From NCBI GenBank assembly GCA_963765675.1, contig CAVXXK010000003.1, positions 160,001 to 224,000 on the forward strand: a stretch of 64,000 nucleotides of DNA, read 5' to 3'. The notes beneath the pieces are model-generated. The model ran no database searches and was not told the DNA's origin. It was given only the letters and a program-made list of their open reading frames with translations. The stretch comes from an uncultured delta proteobacterium. GTDB lineage: Bacteria; Desulfobacterota; Binatia; Binatales; Binataceae. The translations under genes and the position numbers were made by a program. Below, piece by piece: positions 19,549 to 30,311 of the stretch. Each line of letters begins with the position of its first letter. Position 1 is the first letter of the stretch.

Positions 19549-19680
19549 GACAACCTCGTCGAGAAAATCTGCGGACTCGAAAAAGCTACGACCGGTCTCG
19601 CTGCAATGCAACCGCGCTGGCCAGTTAATTCCCTCTCCCAATCTGGAGGCTGTCGATTTTCTCGCAGATCGCCCGCTGCT

Positions 19681-19823
19681 GTCATCCTGAGCCGCAGGCG
19701 AAGGATCTCCGCGAAGCGATTAGTGCAACCGTTCCCGGCTATTCGCACTAATCGCTTCGCGGAGATCCTTCACAGAGCCTGCCCTGAGCAACGCCGAAAG
19801 GGGCAGCCTTCGTTCAGGATGAC
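19681..19823. repeat. Long palindromic REP-like element
   Basis: gtcatcctgag...gaaggatctccgcgaagcgattagtgc / gcactaatcgcttcgcggagatccttc...tcaggatgac. Confidence 0.8.
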
Positions 19824-19894
19824 GGACAAGAACTCGCTATTTATCGACAGCCTCAATCTGGTTGGGAGAGGGACGCTCAAAGAAGCGCGCGCTT

Positions 19895-20746
19895 TCATCG
19901 ACGGTCGTTCTCTGCCGACCGCTCCGGAAGATCGGGAGGCGGTACGCGATGGCCCGCTTTCAGAATCGGGAACTGGCGATCGGGCGCGTCGCAGTTAATC
20001 CCTGCCGGCATCACCAACGCGCCTTCGGGAGCGTATTGCAGAATATAACTCTTGCGCACCGACTTGGTGGTGTTCGGTCCCGTGCGATGCGGCGTCAGCG
20101 AAGTGAACACCACGATATCTCCGGCGCGCACCGGCGCGGGCGTCGCCTCGGGACCATCCTCTTCGCGGCAGACGAATCCCAGGCCGGTCAGCCGATGCTC
20201 GAGCGTGCCGCGCAGATGGCCGCCGGGGATGACCCAGGGGCATCCGTTGTCGACCGTCGCGTCGGTTAGCGCGATCCAGCAAGTCAGGTACGCCTGCGGC
20301 TCGATGTAGGTGTAGCCGTTGTCCTGATGCCACGGGAAAGGTTTCGGATACTCGGGCTTCTTGTACACCGCCTGGTCCCAATAGAGGCGGACGTCGGGCC
20401 CGATCAGATCGAAGCATAGGTCGGCGAAGAGCTGGCTCGCGGCGAATTCGCGAATCACGCGCGACTGCCTGACGAGATGCGTGGTGAAAGTGATTCCGTC
20501 GGCTTGCGCAATAAAAACCTTGCCGCCGGGCGCATTGCGAAGCGCATTCTCGAATTTTGCTTCCCACGGATCGATCGCCGCGGTCACGCGCTCGAGGGTC
20601 TCGCGATCGATCGCGCGCTCCAGGATGAAGAAGCCGCGTTCGTCGTAGGAGCGCGCCTGCTCATCGGTGATAACCCGGAACGGTCCGCGGTGTGACGTCC
20701 ACTTGAAGCCGTGATTTTGAGGATGAAGTTTGATTTCGCCGTTCAT
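19895..20746 (-). CDS. Phytanoyl-CoA dioxygenase (PhyH) family Fe(II)/2OG oxygenase
   Basis: PWHQD, CWIALTDAT..NGC, PGGH and H.TGPN..R motifs. Confidence 0.9.
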   Translation of the reverse strand: MNGEIKLHPQNHGFKWTSHRGPFRVITDEQARSYDERGFFILERAIDRETLERVTAAIDPWEAKFENALRNAPGGKVFIAQADGITFTTHLVRQSRVIREFAASQLFADLCFDLIGPDVRLYWDQAVYKKPEYPKPFPWHQDNGYTYIEPQAYLTCWIALTDATVDNGCPWVIPGGHLRGTLEHRLTGLGFVCREEDGPEATPAPVRAGDIVVFTSLTPHRTGPNTTKSVRKSYILQYAPEGALVMPAGINCDAPDRQFPILKAGHRVPPPDLPERSAENDRR

Positions 20747-20804
20747 GCGCTAATCCTCTGCGCCAATGCTGCCGCTCAGTGTATCACTGCGGCGCGATAC
20801 GAAC

Positions 20805-22847
20805 TCACGCGGCGGCTGGAACGCCGGTCAGCAGGCGGCGGGCGGCTTCGACGCGCTCGCGCGGGCCTACGATTTCAATCACGTCGCCCTCACCCAGCAC
20901 TTCCTCGCCCGAGGGGACGACTACCGGTCCGGCGTTGCGCGCGATCGCGATCGCGGTGGCGCCGGTCGCGGCGCGCAGATCGATCTCGGCAAGGGTTCTG
21001 CCGATCGCGGCGGCTCCCGCGCCAAGCACGATCGGCGTGACGGTTCCGAGGCCGGGAACCTCGTGCGGAGAATTGCGGTTGGTGGCGAACGCGGCCGCGA
21101 TCAGATCGGCGACGGCGCCCAGATTGCCGTGCAGCTTGCGCGCACTGCGCCAGATGACGAACACCATCAGTACGACGCCGATCACAATCGCGCCGATTCC
21201 TTCGACCGGTTCGAGAAACGGCTGCACGATCGCGAGCAGCGGCATCACCGTCACCAGCAGAATCGTCGCGTGCAGTACTGCGACGAGCGCTTCTGCCGCG
21301 GGAGAGGCCGCCGCGCCCGAGCCCGCGGGAAAAGCGCGCGCCGCGATCGCCCGCGCGATCTTGCGCGCGCCGAGATACATCGCGTAGCCGAACGGCGCAC
21401 AGATGATCAGCGCGACAAAATCGACCGACAATCCCGCTTCGAAATATGAAGTATGGATCCACTGCTGCGCCAGGTCAGTGACCCCGTATGGATCCGCCTC
21501 GTTGAAAATGAGAATCCCCGCGATTGCGATCGCTCCGGAGCAGAGCAGCGCCATTCCCCATAGGAGCGTGCGGCTCTGCGCTCCGCGGTGATAGGTGCGT
21601 TCCATCAACGAGTCGTAGATCACCTGCAGCGAGCCCAAGCGCTGCGGGATAAGCTTGCGGGCGACAAAATCTCCGAGCGGTCCGGAAGCGCGGATCATGA
21701 AGGGCGTGGTGAAGGTGGTGATCGCGGAGACCGCGACCGCGAGCGTGTAAATGAACTCGCGGGTCGCGTGGGTCTGGATTCCGACTCCCGCAATGATGAA
21801 CGAAAACTCGCCGATTTGGGTCAGGCTCATCCCGGCGCGCACCGAGGTCCGCACGCCCGCACCCGAGAGCAGCGACGCGATCGTCACGGCAAAGAGCTTT
21901 CCTACGATCACCGCAACCACCAGCAGCGAGAGCGCGCGCCAGTGTTCGCCGATAAGCAGCGGATCGATCATCATCCCGACCGAGACAAAGAATACCGCTG
22001 CAAAGATATCGCGCACCGGCGCGACCAGGTGCTCGATGCTGGCGATATCGCCCGATTCGGCCACCAGCGAGCCCGCCAGAAACGCGCCCAGCGCGACGGA
22101 ATATCCGGCGCGCTCCGCGATGATCGCGAAGATAAAACAAATTCCGATACTGGCGACCAGCGTCGTCTCGGCGCGGCCGATACGCACGATCTGGCGGATG
22201 CTCCACGGCACGACCAGCAATCCGCCGCCTACCAGCGCGACCAAAAAAATCGCAAGCTTGCCGACTACCGATACCATCATCCCGGTGCTGAGACCGGCGC
22301 CCGCCGCGAGCGCGGTCAGGACCGCCAGCAGCATCACGGCGGTCAGGTCTTCAGCCAGCAGGACCCCGAAGACCAGCTCGCGGACGCCCTGGGGAATCTG
22401 CTCTTCGCCATAGGCCTTGGCGACGACGGTCGTGCTCGAGATCGAAAGAAACGCGCCGGTGAAAATACATTCGAGCCGCGTCCATCCCATGAGCTTCCCG
22501 ACCATGTAGCCGAGCCACAGCATCAGGCCGACTTGCAACGCAGTCACGAAGGCGGAAGTCGGTCCGAGCTGGACCAGCTTGCGGATGCGGAACTCGAGTC
22601 CGAGCGCGAACATCAGGAGGATCACGCCGAGCTCGGAGAGCGTGTGGATTCGATCGGGACTGGCGAAAAGGATCGGCGTGTAGGGACCGACGATCACGCC
22701 CGCCACCAGGTAGCCGACCACGACCGGCTGGCGGATTTTCTGGAATACAACGGTGGTGATCGCGGCGACACCGAGCACCAGGCCGAGATCTTCAAGGATA
22801 TTGTGCGAGGCAAGGATCATCCGAGGTTGGGAGATGATAGCGGGCAT
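20805..22847 (-). CDS. CPA2 cation:proton antiporter with C-terminal TrkA-C domain
   Basis: GVILLMFALGLEF, SISSTTVV, ALGAFLAG, FFVSVG and QIGEFSF; RCK-C tail. Confidence 0.9.
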   Translation of the reverse strand: MPAIISQPRMILASHNILEDLGLVLGVAAITTVVFQKIRQPVVVGYLVAGVIVGPYTPILFASPDRIHTLSELGVILLMFALGLEFRIRKLVQLGPTSAFVTALQVGLMLWLGYMVGKLMGWTRLECIFTGAFLSISSTTVVAKAYGEEQIPQGVRELVFGVLLAEDLTAVMLLAVLTALAAGAGLSTGMMVSVVGKLAIFLVALVGGGLLVVPWSIRQIVRIGRAETTLVASIGICFIFAIIAERAGYSVALGAFLAGSLVAESGDIASIEHLVAPVRDIFAAVFFVSVGMMIDPLLIGEHWRALSLLVVAVIVGKLFAVTIASLLSGAGVRTSVRAGMSLTQIGEFSFIIAGVGIQTHATREFIYTLAVAVSAITTFTTPFMIRASGPLGDFVARKLIPQRLGSLQVIYDSLMERTYHRGAQSRTLLWGMALLCSGAIAIAGILIFNEADPYGVTDLAQQWIHTSYFEAGLSVDFVALIICAPFGYAMYLGARKIARAIAARAFPAGSGAAASPAAEALVAVLHATILLVTVMPLLAIVQPFLEPVEGIGAIVIGVVLMVFVIWRSARKLHGNLGAVADLIAAAFATNRNSPHEVPGLGTVTPIVLGAGAAAIGRTLAEIDLRAATGATAIAIARNAGPVVVPSGEEVLGEGDVIEIVGPRERVEAARRLLTGVPAAA

Positions 22848-22958
22848 CGGGCAGCGCGCGACAGACGCGCCGGCACAGCCGCAGAGTCGGTATGATCACG
22901 AGCCAGTTGAAATGCAGATCGCAGGGCGTGCGCGTACTCACGGGTCCGCCCGCCCGGT

Positions 22959-24122
22959 TCATTTCAAGTCGCTCACGCGTGGCAGCACCTTGGTCCAGAA
23001 CAGCTCGATCGTTTTCATCAGGCGGTCGTGCGGCATAAGGCCATTGTACATCCAGGCAAAGATCCATCTGATCGGCAGGCGCTTCAGCAGATGCTCAACC
23101 TGGCGCGTAACGGTATCGACGGTGCCGACGAACGCGAGTCCGTTGGACCACAGGTCGGCGGCCTCGCCGGTCTTCGGATCCTCGAGTCCTTTCGAGAAGC
23201 CGAACGGCTCGAACCATTCGTGGCCGCAGAAGTAACCGCTCTCATGCCAGATCGCGCGCGCCTCTTCGTCGCTGTCGGCGATCACGATATCGCGCAGCAC
23301 GCCCATCCCGTCGCCGAGCGGACGTTTTGATACGTCCGCATAGACCTCGCACAGGTGATGCTCGAGGTCCGGATGCAGGGGAGGCAGAATCGCGGTGACG
23401 CCTTCTTGCGCGCACCACCTGATGCTGCGCTCGGAGGACGCGAACGGCTGGAAGATCGGGGGATGCGGCTTCTGCACCGGTTTGGGCACGACCGAGACCG
23501 CGCGCACGATTCCGTTTTCGACCCCGCCGCCCCATTTGACCGTCGCGTCGATATTCCACGGCGTGGGGCCGGCTGGAACGCGCCAATACTTGCCCTCATA
23601 GGTGAGAAAATCCTCGGTCCAGGCTTTCTTGATGATGCGGAAATTTTCCTCGAACGCCGCGCGATTGGCGGCGTCGATCTCGTCGTGCTGATGCGGCTGC
23701 GCCCCGTGAATCCCGTGCGTCTGCTGCGCCATGATATCGACCCACCTTCGCTGATAGCCGCGCGCGAAGCCCGCGTTGGCGCGGCCACCGGTCATGTGGT
23801 CGAGCATCGCAATATCCTCGGCAACGCGAATCGGATTCTGCGACGGCAGCACGATCCCAAGCTGCCCCACCCGCAGCCGCTTGGTCTGCATCCCGATGAA
23901 CAGATCGAGCAGCACCGGATTGTTCGAGAGCTCGAAGCCTTCGACGTGGAAGTGATGCTCGGTGAAGCTCATCGAGTCGTAGCCAAGGTCGTCGGCAAGG
24001 CGCGCCTGCGCGGAGAGCTCGCGCAGCATCTGGTCGTAGAGCGCGCCGTTAAGTCCGACGCGGCCTTTTTCGATATCAGATTTGCTTCCGACTGACGGCA
24101 GGTAGAACAGAGAAACTTTCAT
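22959..24122 (-). CDS. LLM class flavin-dependent oxidoreductase
   Basis: FTEHHF, NPIRVAEDIAMLDHMTGGR and PKPVQKPHPP. Confidence 0.9.
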   Translation of the reverse strand: MKVSLFYLPSVGSKSDIEKGRVGLNGALYDQMLRELSAQARLADDLGYDSMSFTEHHFHVEGFELSNNPVLLDLFIGMQTKRLRVGQLGIVLPSQNPIRVAEDIAMLDHMTGGRANAGFARGYQRRWVDIMAQQTHGIHGAQPHQHDEIDAANRAAFEENFRIIKKAWTEDFLTYEGKYWRVPAGPTPWNIDATVKWGGGVENGIVRAVSVVPKPVQKPHPPIFQPFASSERSIRWCAQEGVTAILPPLHPDLEHHLCEVYADVSKRPLGDGMGVLRDIVIADSDEEARAIWHESGYFCGHEWFEPFGFSKGLEDPKTGEAADLWSNGLAFVGTVDTVTRQVEHLLKRLPIRWIFAWMYNGLMPHDRLMKTIELFWTKVLPRVSDLK

Positions 24123-24198
24123 CGTGATTTCACTCCGAAGCCGACTCTAGGATTTAGTGCCCGCGCGCGGCAAGCAGCAGCGGCCTCGTCCAGGCGTT

Positions 24199-24597
24199 TC
24201 AGGGCGACTGAGCAGATCCCCTGCGGGGAGGGACCAGCCAGAGTGTCAGGACGATGGCGAGGGTGAAGACGGCGTAGAGCGCGACGAATACCCATCGGGG
24301 CGCGCTAAAAAAGATCAGGCGGTCGAGCCAATAGCCGATGAAGGCGCCAGCGTAGCCTGACTGGCTCGCCCTGGCGCGCAGGAAATTCTCGAGCGTCGTC
24401 AGCGGGCACGCTACTCCTAAAATCGATTCGGCCAGCACCAGCGCGATCGCTGCCAGATGCGCGGCACGAAACCAGACGTTTCTGACCCATCGCCATCCGG
24501 CCGCCCCGCCAATCAGTATCGCCGCGAGTCCCAGCACTACGAATGCTACGTATGCGAAGTGGAACGCTACGACCAGGTTCGCGAGTATCACCATCAT
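24199..24597 (-). CDS. DUF2784 family membrane protein
   Basis: LANLVVAFHFAY, FRAAHL, CPLTTLEN.LR and FIGYWLDRLIF. Confidence 0.85.
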   Translation of the reverse strand: MMVILANLVVAFHFAYVAFVVLGLAAILIGGAAGWRWVRNVWFRAAHLAAIALVLAESILGVACPLTTLENFLRARASQSGYAGAFIGYWLDRLIFFSAPRWVFVALYAVFTLAIVLTLWLVPPRRGSAQSP

Positions 24598-24670
24598 CGT
24601 TTCGCTTCCCAGAAGATTGTCGTAGCACCATATGCAATGATATTCGCTATATATCCGGAGGTAATTCGCG

Positions 24671-25561
24671 ATGTCCAAGCAGCAGCTTGATTCACTCATC
24701 CAGATGCTCAAGGCGCAGCCAATCGATCCCAACGCAACGGTCGAAAAGACTCGCGCCGGATTCGAGCAGATGACCGTCATGTTGCCGGTCGAAGCCGACG
24801 TCAAATGCGAACCGGTCAGCGCCGGCGGCGTGAAGGCAGAATGGATATCCGCGCCGGGAGCGGATGCGGGCCGAGCCATTCTTTATCTGCACGGTGGTGG
24901 TTACGTTATCGGCTCGATCAATACGCATCGAGCGATTTCCGGGCGCATCTCGCGCGCGGCTAAAGCGCGCGTCCTGCTGATCGATTATCGCCTCGCACCC
25001 GAGCATCCGTTTCCAGCCGCGGTCGAGGATTCCGTCGCCGCCTATCGCTATCTGCTCGCGCAGGGAATCCGTCCCGGGCGGCTCGCCATCGCAGGCGACT
25101 CGGCGGGCGGAGGACTCACGATCGCGACGCTGGTCGCGATCAAGGAAGCGAAACTGCCGATGCCGGCGGCAGGCGTGGGGTTGTCGCCGTGGGTCGATCT
25201 GGAAGGAATCGGCGAGTCGATGACGACCAAGGACAAGGTCGATCCGATGGTGCATAAGGACGGGCTGGTTTCGATGGCGGCCGCATACCTGGCCGGAAAA
25301 AATCCGCGCACTCCGCTGGCCGCGCCGTTGTATGCCGATTTGAGCGGGCTGCCTCCGCTGCTGATCCAGGTCGGCACCGCCGAGACGCTACTGGACGATT
25401 CAACACGGCTGGCCGAGCGGGCGCGCAAATCGGGCGTGAACGTCACGCTCGAGCCGTGGGAAAACATGATCCACGTGTGGCAGGCGTTCGCACCAATCCT
25501 CGATGAGGGCCAGCAGGCGATCGAGAAGATCGGCGCGTTCGTTTTGAAGCATACCGCGTAG
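24671..25561 (+). CDS. Alpha/beta hydrolase (HSL-family esterase)
   Basis: HGGGY oxyanion motif, DYRLAPEHPFPAA, GDSAGG nucleophile and HVW. Confidence 0.92.
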   Translation: MSKQQLDSLIQMLKAQPIDPNATVEKTRAGFEQMTVMLPVEADVKCEPVSAGGVKAEWISAPGADAGRAILYLHGGGYVIGSINTHRAISGRISRAAKARVLLIDYRLAPEHPFPAAVEDSVAAYRYLLAQGIRPGRLAIAGDSAGGGLTIATLVAIKEAKLPMPAAGVGLSPWVDLEGIGESMTTKDKVDPMVHKDGLVSMAAAYLAGKNPRTPLAAPLYADLSGLPPLLIQVGTAETLLDDSTRLAERARKSGVNVTLEPWENMIHVWQAFAPILDEGQQAIEKIGAFVLKHTA

Positions 25562-25572
25562 CCACTTAAGCA

Positions 25573-26283
25573 ATGGGTGAGATGGCCGCGCGCGTTGGCG
25601 CGCTCGATTGGAAACGGATCGAGCGCGAACTCGACGCGCGCGGCTATGCACTCACCGATCGGATCCTCGCGCCGGTTGAATGCGCGGCGACTATCGCGCT
25701 CTATCCCGAGCGCGAGAAATTCCGCAGCCGGGTCGAGATGGCGCGGCATGGCTACGGCGTCGGGGACTACAAATATTTCGCCTATCCGCTGCCCGCGGAA
25801 ATTGCGGAGTTGCGTGCGGCGCTCTATCGCCGGCTCGCGCCGATCGCGAACAGGTGGGCCAAAGAGATGCGGCTCGGCGCCGAGTATCCCGCCTCGCTCA
25901 AGAGCTTCGTCGCGCTGTGCCATGCGCACGGGCAGAACCGCCCTACACCGCTGATGCTCCGGTACGACGCGGGTGGCTACAACTGCCTGCATCAGGATTT
26001 GTACGGCGAGATCGCCTTTCCGCTTCAATTTACCTGCACGCTCAATGATCGCGGACGCGATTTCGACGGCGGCGAGCTGCTGATAGTCGAGCAGCGACCG
26101 CGCGCGCAGTCGCGAGGCGAGGCGATCGCGGCGGATGCCGGATGCGGCGTCATCTTCGCCAACCGGTATCGTCCCGCCGTGAGCGCGCGCGGGCATTATC
26201 GCCTGAACGTCAGACACGGCGTCAGCACCGTGACGCGCGGCGAGCGCTACGCGCTCGGGATCATTTTTCACGACGCGAAATAG
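25573..26283 (+). CDS. 2OG-Fe(II) oxygenase (DUF2086-like)
   Basis: YNCLHQDLYG, EQRPRAQSRG, RHGVS and LGIIFHDA. Confidence 0.88.
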   Translation: MGEMAARVGALDWKRIERELDARGYALTDRILAPVECAATIALYPEREKFRSRVEMARHGYGVGDYKYFAYPLPAEIAELRAALYRRLAPIANRWAKEMRLGAEYPASLKSFVALCHAHGQNRPTPLMLRYDAGGYNCLHQDLYGEIAFPLQFTCTLNDRGRDFDGGELLIVEQRPRAQSRGEAIAADAGCGVIFANRYRPAVSARGHYRLNVRHGVSTVTRGERYALGIIFHDAK

Positions 26284-26289
26284 AATCGA

Positions 26290-27984
26290 TCAGGGCGCTT
26301 GGTCGGGATCGCGGACACCGCTCACCGCCATCTGGGCGAAAAATTCGGCGTTGGCGCCGTCGAGGCTTTGCGCCGATACCTGATGCGTGACCGCTGGCGG
26401 ATTGGCGCCAATGTGAAACGCGAAGACGCCGTTCAAGATGAACAAGTCGGCAGCGGTCACCCGCTGATGCTGTCGCAGATGCTCGAGCCATGATTCGACG
26501 ACGAAGTACTCGACGAAGCGGCCTGGCGCCGCGGCGTCAAAGAACATCCCCCAGAAAGTCGCGCCATCGCGGCGGCGAATCTCGCGCAGCGCGCGCGAGG
26601 TGCGCTCGAACTCGACCGCACGCTCCGGATCGATCAGATACTCGACCGTGATCAGCACCGGACCGCTATCCGGATCGATTGCGTGCGCGACGTCAGGCAT
26701 CGGTCGGGATACCAGCGCAAGATTCAACTCGGCATCGGTCGCCAGCCGGTACCAGAACCGCGTGCCGAGGCCGAGCAAAATTGCCGCCGCGCCGCCGAAC
26801 AGCGCCTCGGGCAGTCCGATTCGCTCGGCCGCGTATCCCCACATCACACCGCCGAGCGCCATCCCGCCCTGCACGATCATCTGGTAGGTGGCGAGCGCGC
26901 GGCCCTGCACCCACGCCGGGACCGAGAGCTGTGCGGCGACGTTGAGCGTCGCCATCGCGATCGTCCACGCCGCTCCGCCGATCGTCAACGCGGCGCACGC
27001 CAGCACCAGATTATGCGTCGGCGCGAGCGCGGCGGTGGCCCCTGCCACGACGATCACGGCGTCGAAGACGACGCGATCGCGCGAGAAACGGCGTCCGATG
27101 CGCGGCATCAGCATCCCGCCGACGATCGCGCCGCCGCCGAAAAATCCGAGCAGCATCCCGTAGCCGGCCGCACCGAGACCGAGCGACCATCGTGCGACCG
27201 AAGGCAGGACGGCCCACAGAGTGCTGGCGCCGAAAATGAAGGCCGCGGTCTGAACCAGCACGGCGCGCAGCTTGGTGTCATAGCGGACATAGCGCGCGCC
27301 CGCCCGGATCGCGCCCATCACGCGCTCGGCGGGAAGCACTGCCGGACGTGCGACGCGGCGCCATTGGTACAGCACAGCCATCACACCCAGAAATGAGAGC
27401 GCATTGAGCAGGAAGGTGGGACCGATGCCGGCGGTGGCGACGACCAGACCGCCGATCGCGGGACCGATTGCACGGGCGACGTTGTAGTTGATCCCGTTGA
27501 GCGAGATCGCCGCGGTCAAGTCCTCGCGTCCGACCAGCTCCGGAATGATTGCCTGCCAGGCTGGCGCGTTGAGCGCCGATCCGATTCCGAGCGCGAAGCT
27601 GAGTGCGAGCAGAGTCCATGGCGACACCGCGTGCGTGAGGGTCAGAAAGCCGAGTGCGCCCGCGGCCGCGAGCATCCAGGCTTGCGAGAAAATCAACAGA
27701 CGCCTGCGATCGACGATATCGGCCAGCGCACCCGCCGGCAGCGCGAGCAAAAGGATCGGCAGGCTCGACGCGGTCTGGATAAGCGCAACCATCATCGGCG
27801 ACGGCGTGAGCGTGGTCATCAGCCACGCGGCCCCGACATTTTGCATCCAGGTGCCGATATTGGAGACCAGCGCGGCGACCCACAGCGCGAAGAAAATCCG
27901 CAGGTGAAACGGGCGCAAGATCGATACGGCAGGCCTGGCTTCGGGAACCGGCCGCGGACCGCCATAGGTTACGAATCCACTCAT
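26290..27984 (-). CDS. MFS transporter (DUF894/MFS_3 type with C-terminal soluble domain)
   Basis: SNIGTWMQNVGAAWLM, GALADIVDRRRLL, about 12 TM, ESWLEHLRQHQRVT tail. Confidence 0.9.
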   Translation of the reverse strand: MSGFVTYGGPRPVPEARPAVSILRPFHLRIFFALWVAALVSNIGTWMQNVGAAWLMTTLTPSPMMVALIQTASSLPILLLALPAGALADIVDRRRLLIFSQAWMLAAAGALGFLTLTHAVSPWTLLALSFALGIGSALNAPAWQAIIPELVGREDLTAAISLNGINYNVARAIGPAIGGLVVATAGIGPTFLLNALSFLGVMAVLYQWRRVARPAVLPAERVMGAIRAGARYVRYDTKLRAVLVQTAAFIFGASTLWAVLPSVARWSLGLGAAGYGMLLGFFGGGAIVGGMLMPRIGRRFSRDRVVFDAVIVVAGATAALAPTHNLVLACAALTIGGAAWTIAMATLNVAAQLSVPAWVQGRALATYQMIVQGGMALGGVMWGYAAERIGLPEALFGGAAAILLGLGTRFWYRLATDAELNLALVSRPMPDVAHAIDPDSGPVLITVEYLIDPERAVEFERTSRALREIRRRDGATFWGMFFDAAAPGRFVEYFVVESWLEHLRQHQRVTAADLFILNGVFAFHIGANPPAVTHQVSAQSLDGANAEFFAQMAVSGVRDPDQAP

Positions 27985-28091
27985 CGGAAAAACGCCGATT
28001 CGATTGTGACGAGCCCCTCGCCTCGAACCAAGCCGGAAGGTACGCAACAAATTATATTGATCTTCTGTACCAGCGGGCTTACGCTTCAAAA

Positions 28092-28568
28092 ATGGGCGCA
28101 CAACTCTCCGACCGGGCTACCGAAGCGATAGCAGACCAGGAGAGCGATCCCATCGCAGCACCCCCTGCGAGTGCGGCGGTAAACGCAATAGAGAAGACCG
28201 GGATGCGGGTGCTTATCGTCGATGATGACGAAGATTCGGCGATTGTCATGGCCGAGGCACTGGAATTGAAAGGCCACGTTACCGCTACATCGTTCGATGC
28301 GGCAAAGACGTTAGAAGTCGTTTCACGATTTTCCCCGGATGTGATTCTGCTCGATATCGGACTGCCGATCGTCAACGGGTACGAATTGGCGCAAAGGCTC
28401 AGGCAGATGCCCGAACTCGGGTCGGCGCGGCTGTTCGCGGTCACCGGCTATAGCCAGGAATCGTACCGTAAACGAGCCATGGATTGCGGGTTCGACCAGC
28501 ATATTACCAAACCGATTGAACTCGAGGCCTTGGACTCGCTCATACGCCGCAAGGCCGAATCCGCCTGA
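28092..28568 (+). CDS. Single-domain response regulator receiver
   Basis: VLIVDDD, LLDIGLP (phospho-Asp), VTG and TKP. Confidence 0.88.
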   Translation: MGAQLSDRATEAIADQESDPIAAPPASAAVNAIEKTGMRVLIVDDDEDSAIVMAEALELKGHVTATSFDAAKTLEVVSRFSPDVILLDIGLPIVNGYELAQRLRQMPELGSARLFAVTGYSQESYRKRAMDCGFDQHITKPIELEALDSLIRRKAESA

Positions 28569-28590
28569 GTATCCAAATCGATCGGGCGGG

Positions 28591-29130
28591 ATGGCGGAGC
28601 GAATGGAGATGCCGGAAGAGACGCTCGAACAAAAGTCGATCGAACTGGATCGCGATACCTTTTTTCGTTCGCTGATTCGCGAACTTACTGGCAGCCTGGA
28701 AGAAATTATCGGCCTCAAGGAAGCGAGCGGTTTTGTAAGTATCATCAGCCAGCGGCTGGGCGACGAGATCAACCAGAAATACCGCTTGGCGCTGAATACC
28801 GACAAGCTCGACCGCGATCAGGTCGCTGGTGTCTTGGTTGATTTGAAGCGCCGGATCGGTGGCGATTTTTTCGTGATCGAGGAAAATGACGAACGAATCG
28901 TGCTCGGCAACCGCCGCTGCCCTTTCGGCGACAAAGTTCTCGGCCGGCCCTCGATGTGCATGATGACCTCGAATATGTTCGGTTCGATCGCGGCGGCCAA
29001 CCTGGGATATGCAAAAGTCGAGTTGCGCGAGACTATCGCGATGGGCCAGCCGGGCTGCGTCGTGGTCGTGCACCTCAAATCCACCCCGCAGAGCGCCAAG
29101 GCCGAGGGACGAGAGTACGTCAAGGCTTGA
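28591..29130 (+). CDS. Methanogen output domain 1 (MetOD1, V4R-like) protein
   Basis: [44 protein letters not shown] and AEGREY pattern. Confidence 0.75.
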   Translation: MAERMEMPEETLEQKSIELDRDTFFRSLIRELTGSLEEIIGLKEASGFVSIISQRLGDEINQKYRLALNTDKLDRDQVAGVLVDLKRRIGGDFFVIEENDERIVLGNRRCPFGDKVLGRPSMCMMTSNMFGSIAAANLGYAKVELRETIAMGQPGCVVVVHLKSTPQSAKAEGREYVKA

Positions 29131-29276
29131 ACGCTAATCCGGCAGGTTGAGCTGACATTCCCCCCGCGGAAAAAAATCGGCTGCTCTACTTCGACGCGGT
29201 AAGAGCGGTCCCGGATCCGATCTTTCTTGTCGATTCTAATCGTTTCCTGATCGAGGCAAACGATGCGGCCCTGCGG

Positions 29277-30302
29277 ATGCTTGGATTAACGACGGTAACC
29301 GGCGTGCCGCTGTCCTCGGTGGTGGAGAATCCGGACGCCGAGGTGCAATCGGCTTTCCATGGTTGGGCCGGGACCCGCTCTCCGGTTCCCGGACGGCTGG
29401 TTTGGAAGACCGTGAAGGGTCCGCAGTCGCCTCAACTCGAGGCTTGGTGCGCCGAGCCGGCCAGCGCCGGGAAGCCAGGATTGGTGATCGTCCACTGCAA
29501 GCCGTTCTTTAACATCGCGGACCGTTTTCTCCTGCTCAACGACCGTCTGGAGATGCTGCGAAAAGAGGTGCTCGCGCGCAAGCAGGTGGCACAGGAGTTG
29601 ATCGCCGCGGTCAGAGCACGCGACGAATTTATCGCGGTCGCTGCTCACGAATTGAGAAATCCGCTCAACGTCTTTCACTTGAGCATGCAGCTTCTGTATC
29701 GCCGCTTCGGCCAGGTTGAGGGCATCCGCGACATCCTGAATCGATCGCAATTTCAGTTAAATCGCCTGAACATGCTGGTCGAACGATTGCTCGACGTATC
29801 CCGAATCCGATCGGGGAAATATGAACTACATCCTGAGACATTCGACCTGAGTGATTTGATTCGGGAAGTGGTCTCCCGATTTGCCGAGCAATATCCCAAA
29901 GCGCCGATTGCACTACTGGCAGAGCGCTCGGTCTCCGGAATCTGGGATCGGGGCAGGCTCGATCAGGCCATTACAAATCTGCTTTCGAACGCGATAAAAT
30001 ATGGCCAGAATAAGCCTATCAACGTCGGTGTCGCGAGGGCCGGCGATGAGGCGGTTGTGAGCGTAACTGACCACGGAATTGGATTAGCGGCGGACGACGT
30101 TACCCGGATTTTTGAACAGTTCGAGCGGGCAGTGCCCAACGCTACCAACGAAGGTTTCGGATTGGGACTCTGGATTACAAGGCAAATCGCACAAGCCCAT
30201 CGCGGTTCAGTCACGGCCGAGGGAGAGCCCGGCCGGGGTTCCACGTTCACCCTGCGCCTGCCAATCGACGGGCAGCAAATCGTTGAGAGGAAAGGGCCAT
30301 GA
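29277..30302 (+). CDS. Soluble sensor histidine kinase with N-terminal PAS-like region (true start probably upstream, about 29127-29160)
   Basis: H-box AAHELRNPL, N-box NLLSNAIKY, DHGIG and GFGLGL; frame open back to 29151 with PAS-like VPDPIFLVD...EANDAALRMLG. Confidence 0.88.
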   Translation: MLGLTTVTGVPLSSVVENPDAEVQSAFHGWAGTRSPVPGRLVWKTVKGPQSPQLEAWCAEPASAGKPGLVIVHCKPFFNIADRFLLLNDRLEMLRKEVLARKQVAQELIAAVRARDEFIAVAAHELRNPLNVFHLSMQLLYRRFGQVEGIRDILNRSQFQLNRLNMLVERLLDVSRIRSGKYELHPETFDLSDLIREVVSRFAEQYPKAPIALLAERSVSGIWDRGRLDQAITNLLSNAIKYGQNKPINVGVARAGDEAVVSVTDHGIGLAADDVTRIFEQFERAVPNATNEGFGLGLWITRQIAQAHRGSVTAEGEPGRGSTFTLRLPIDGQQIVERKGP

Positions 30303-30311
30303 CTGAATGTT

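Noticed and set aside
29148-29150. Selenocysteine codon in the kinase
   Set aside because: No recognisable SECIS hairpin and no redox motif; the position is in an unstructured leader
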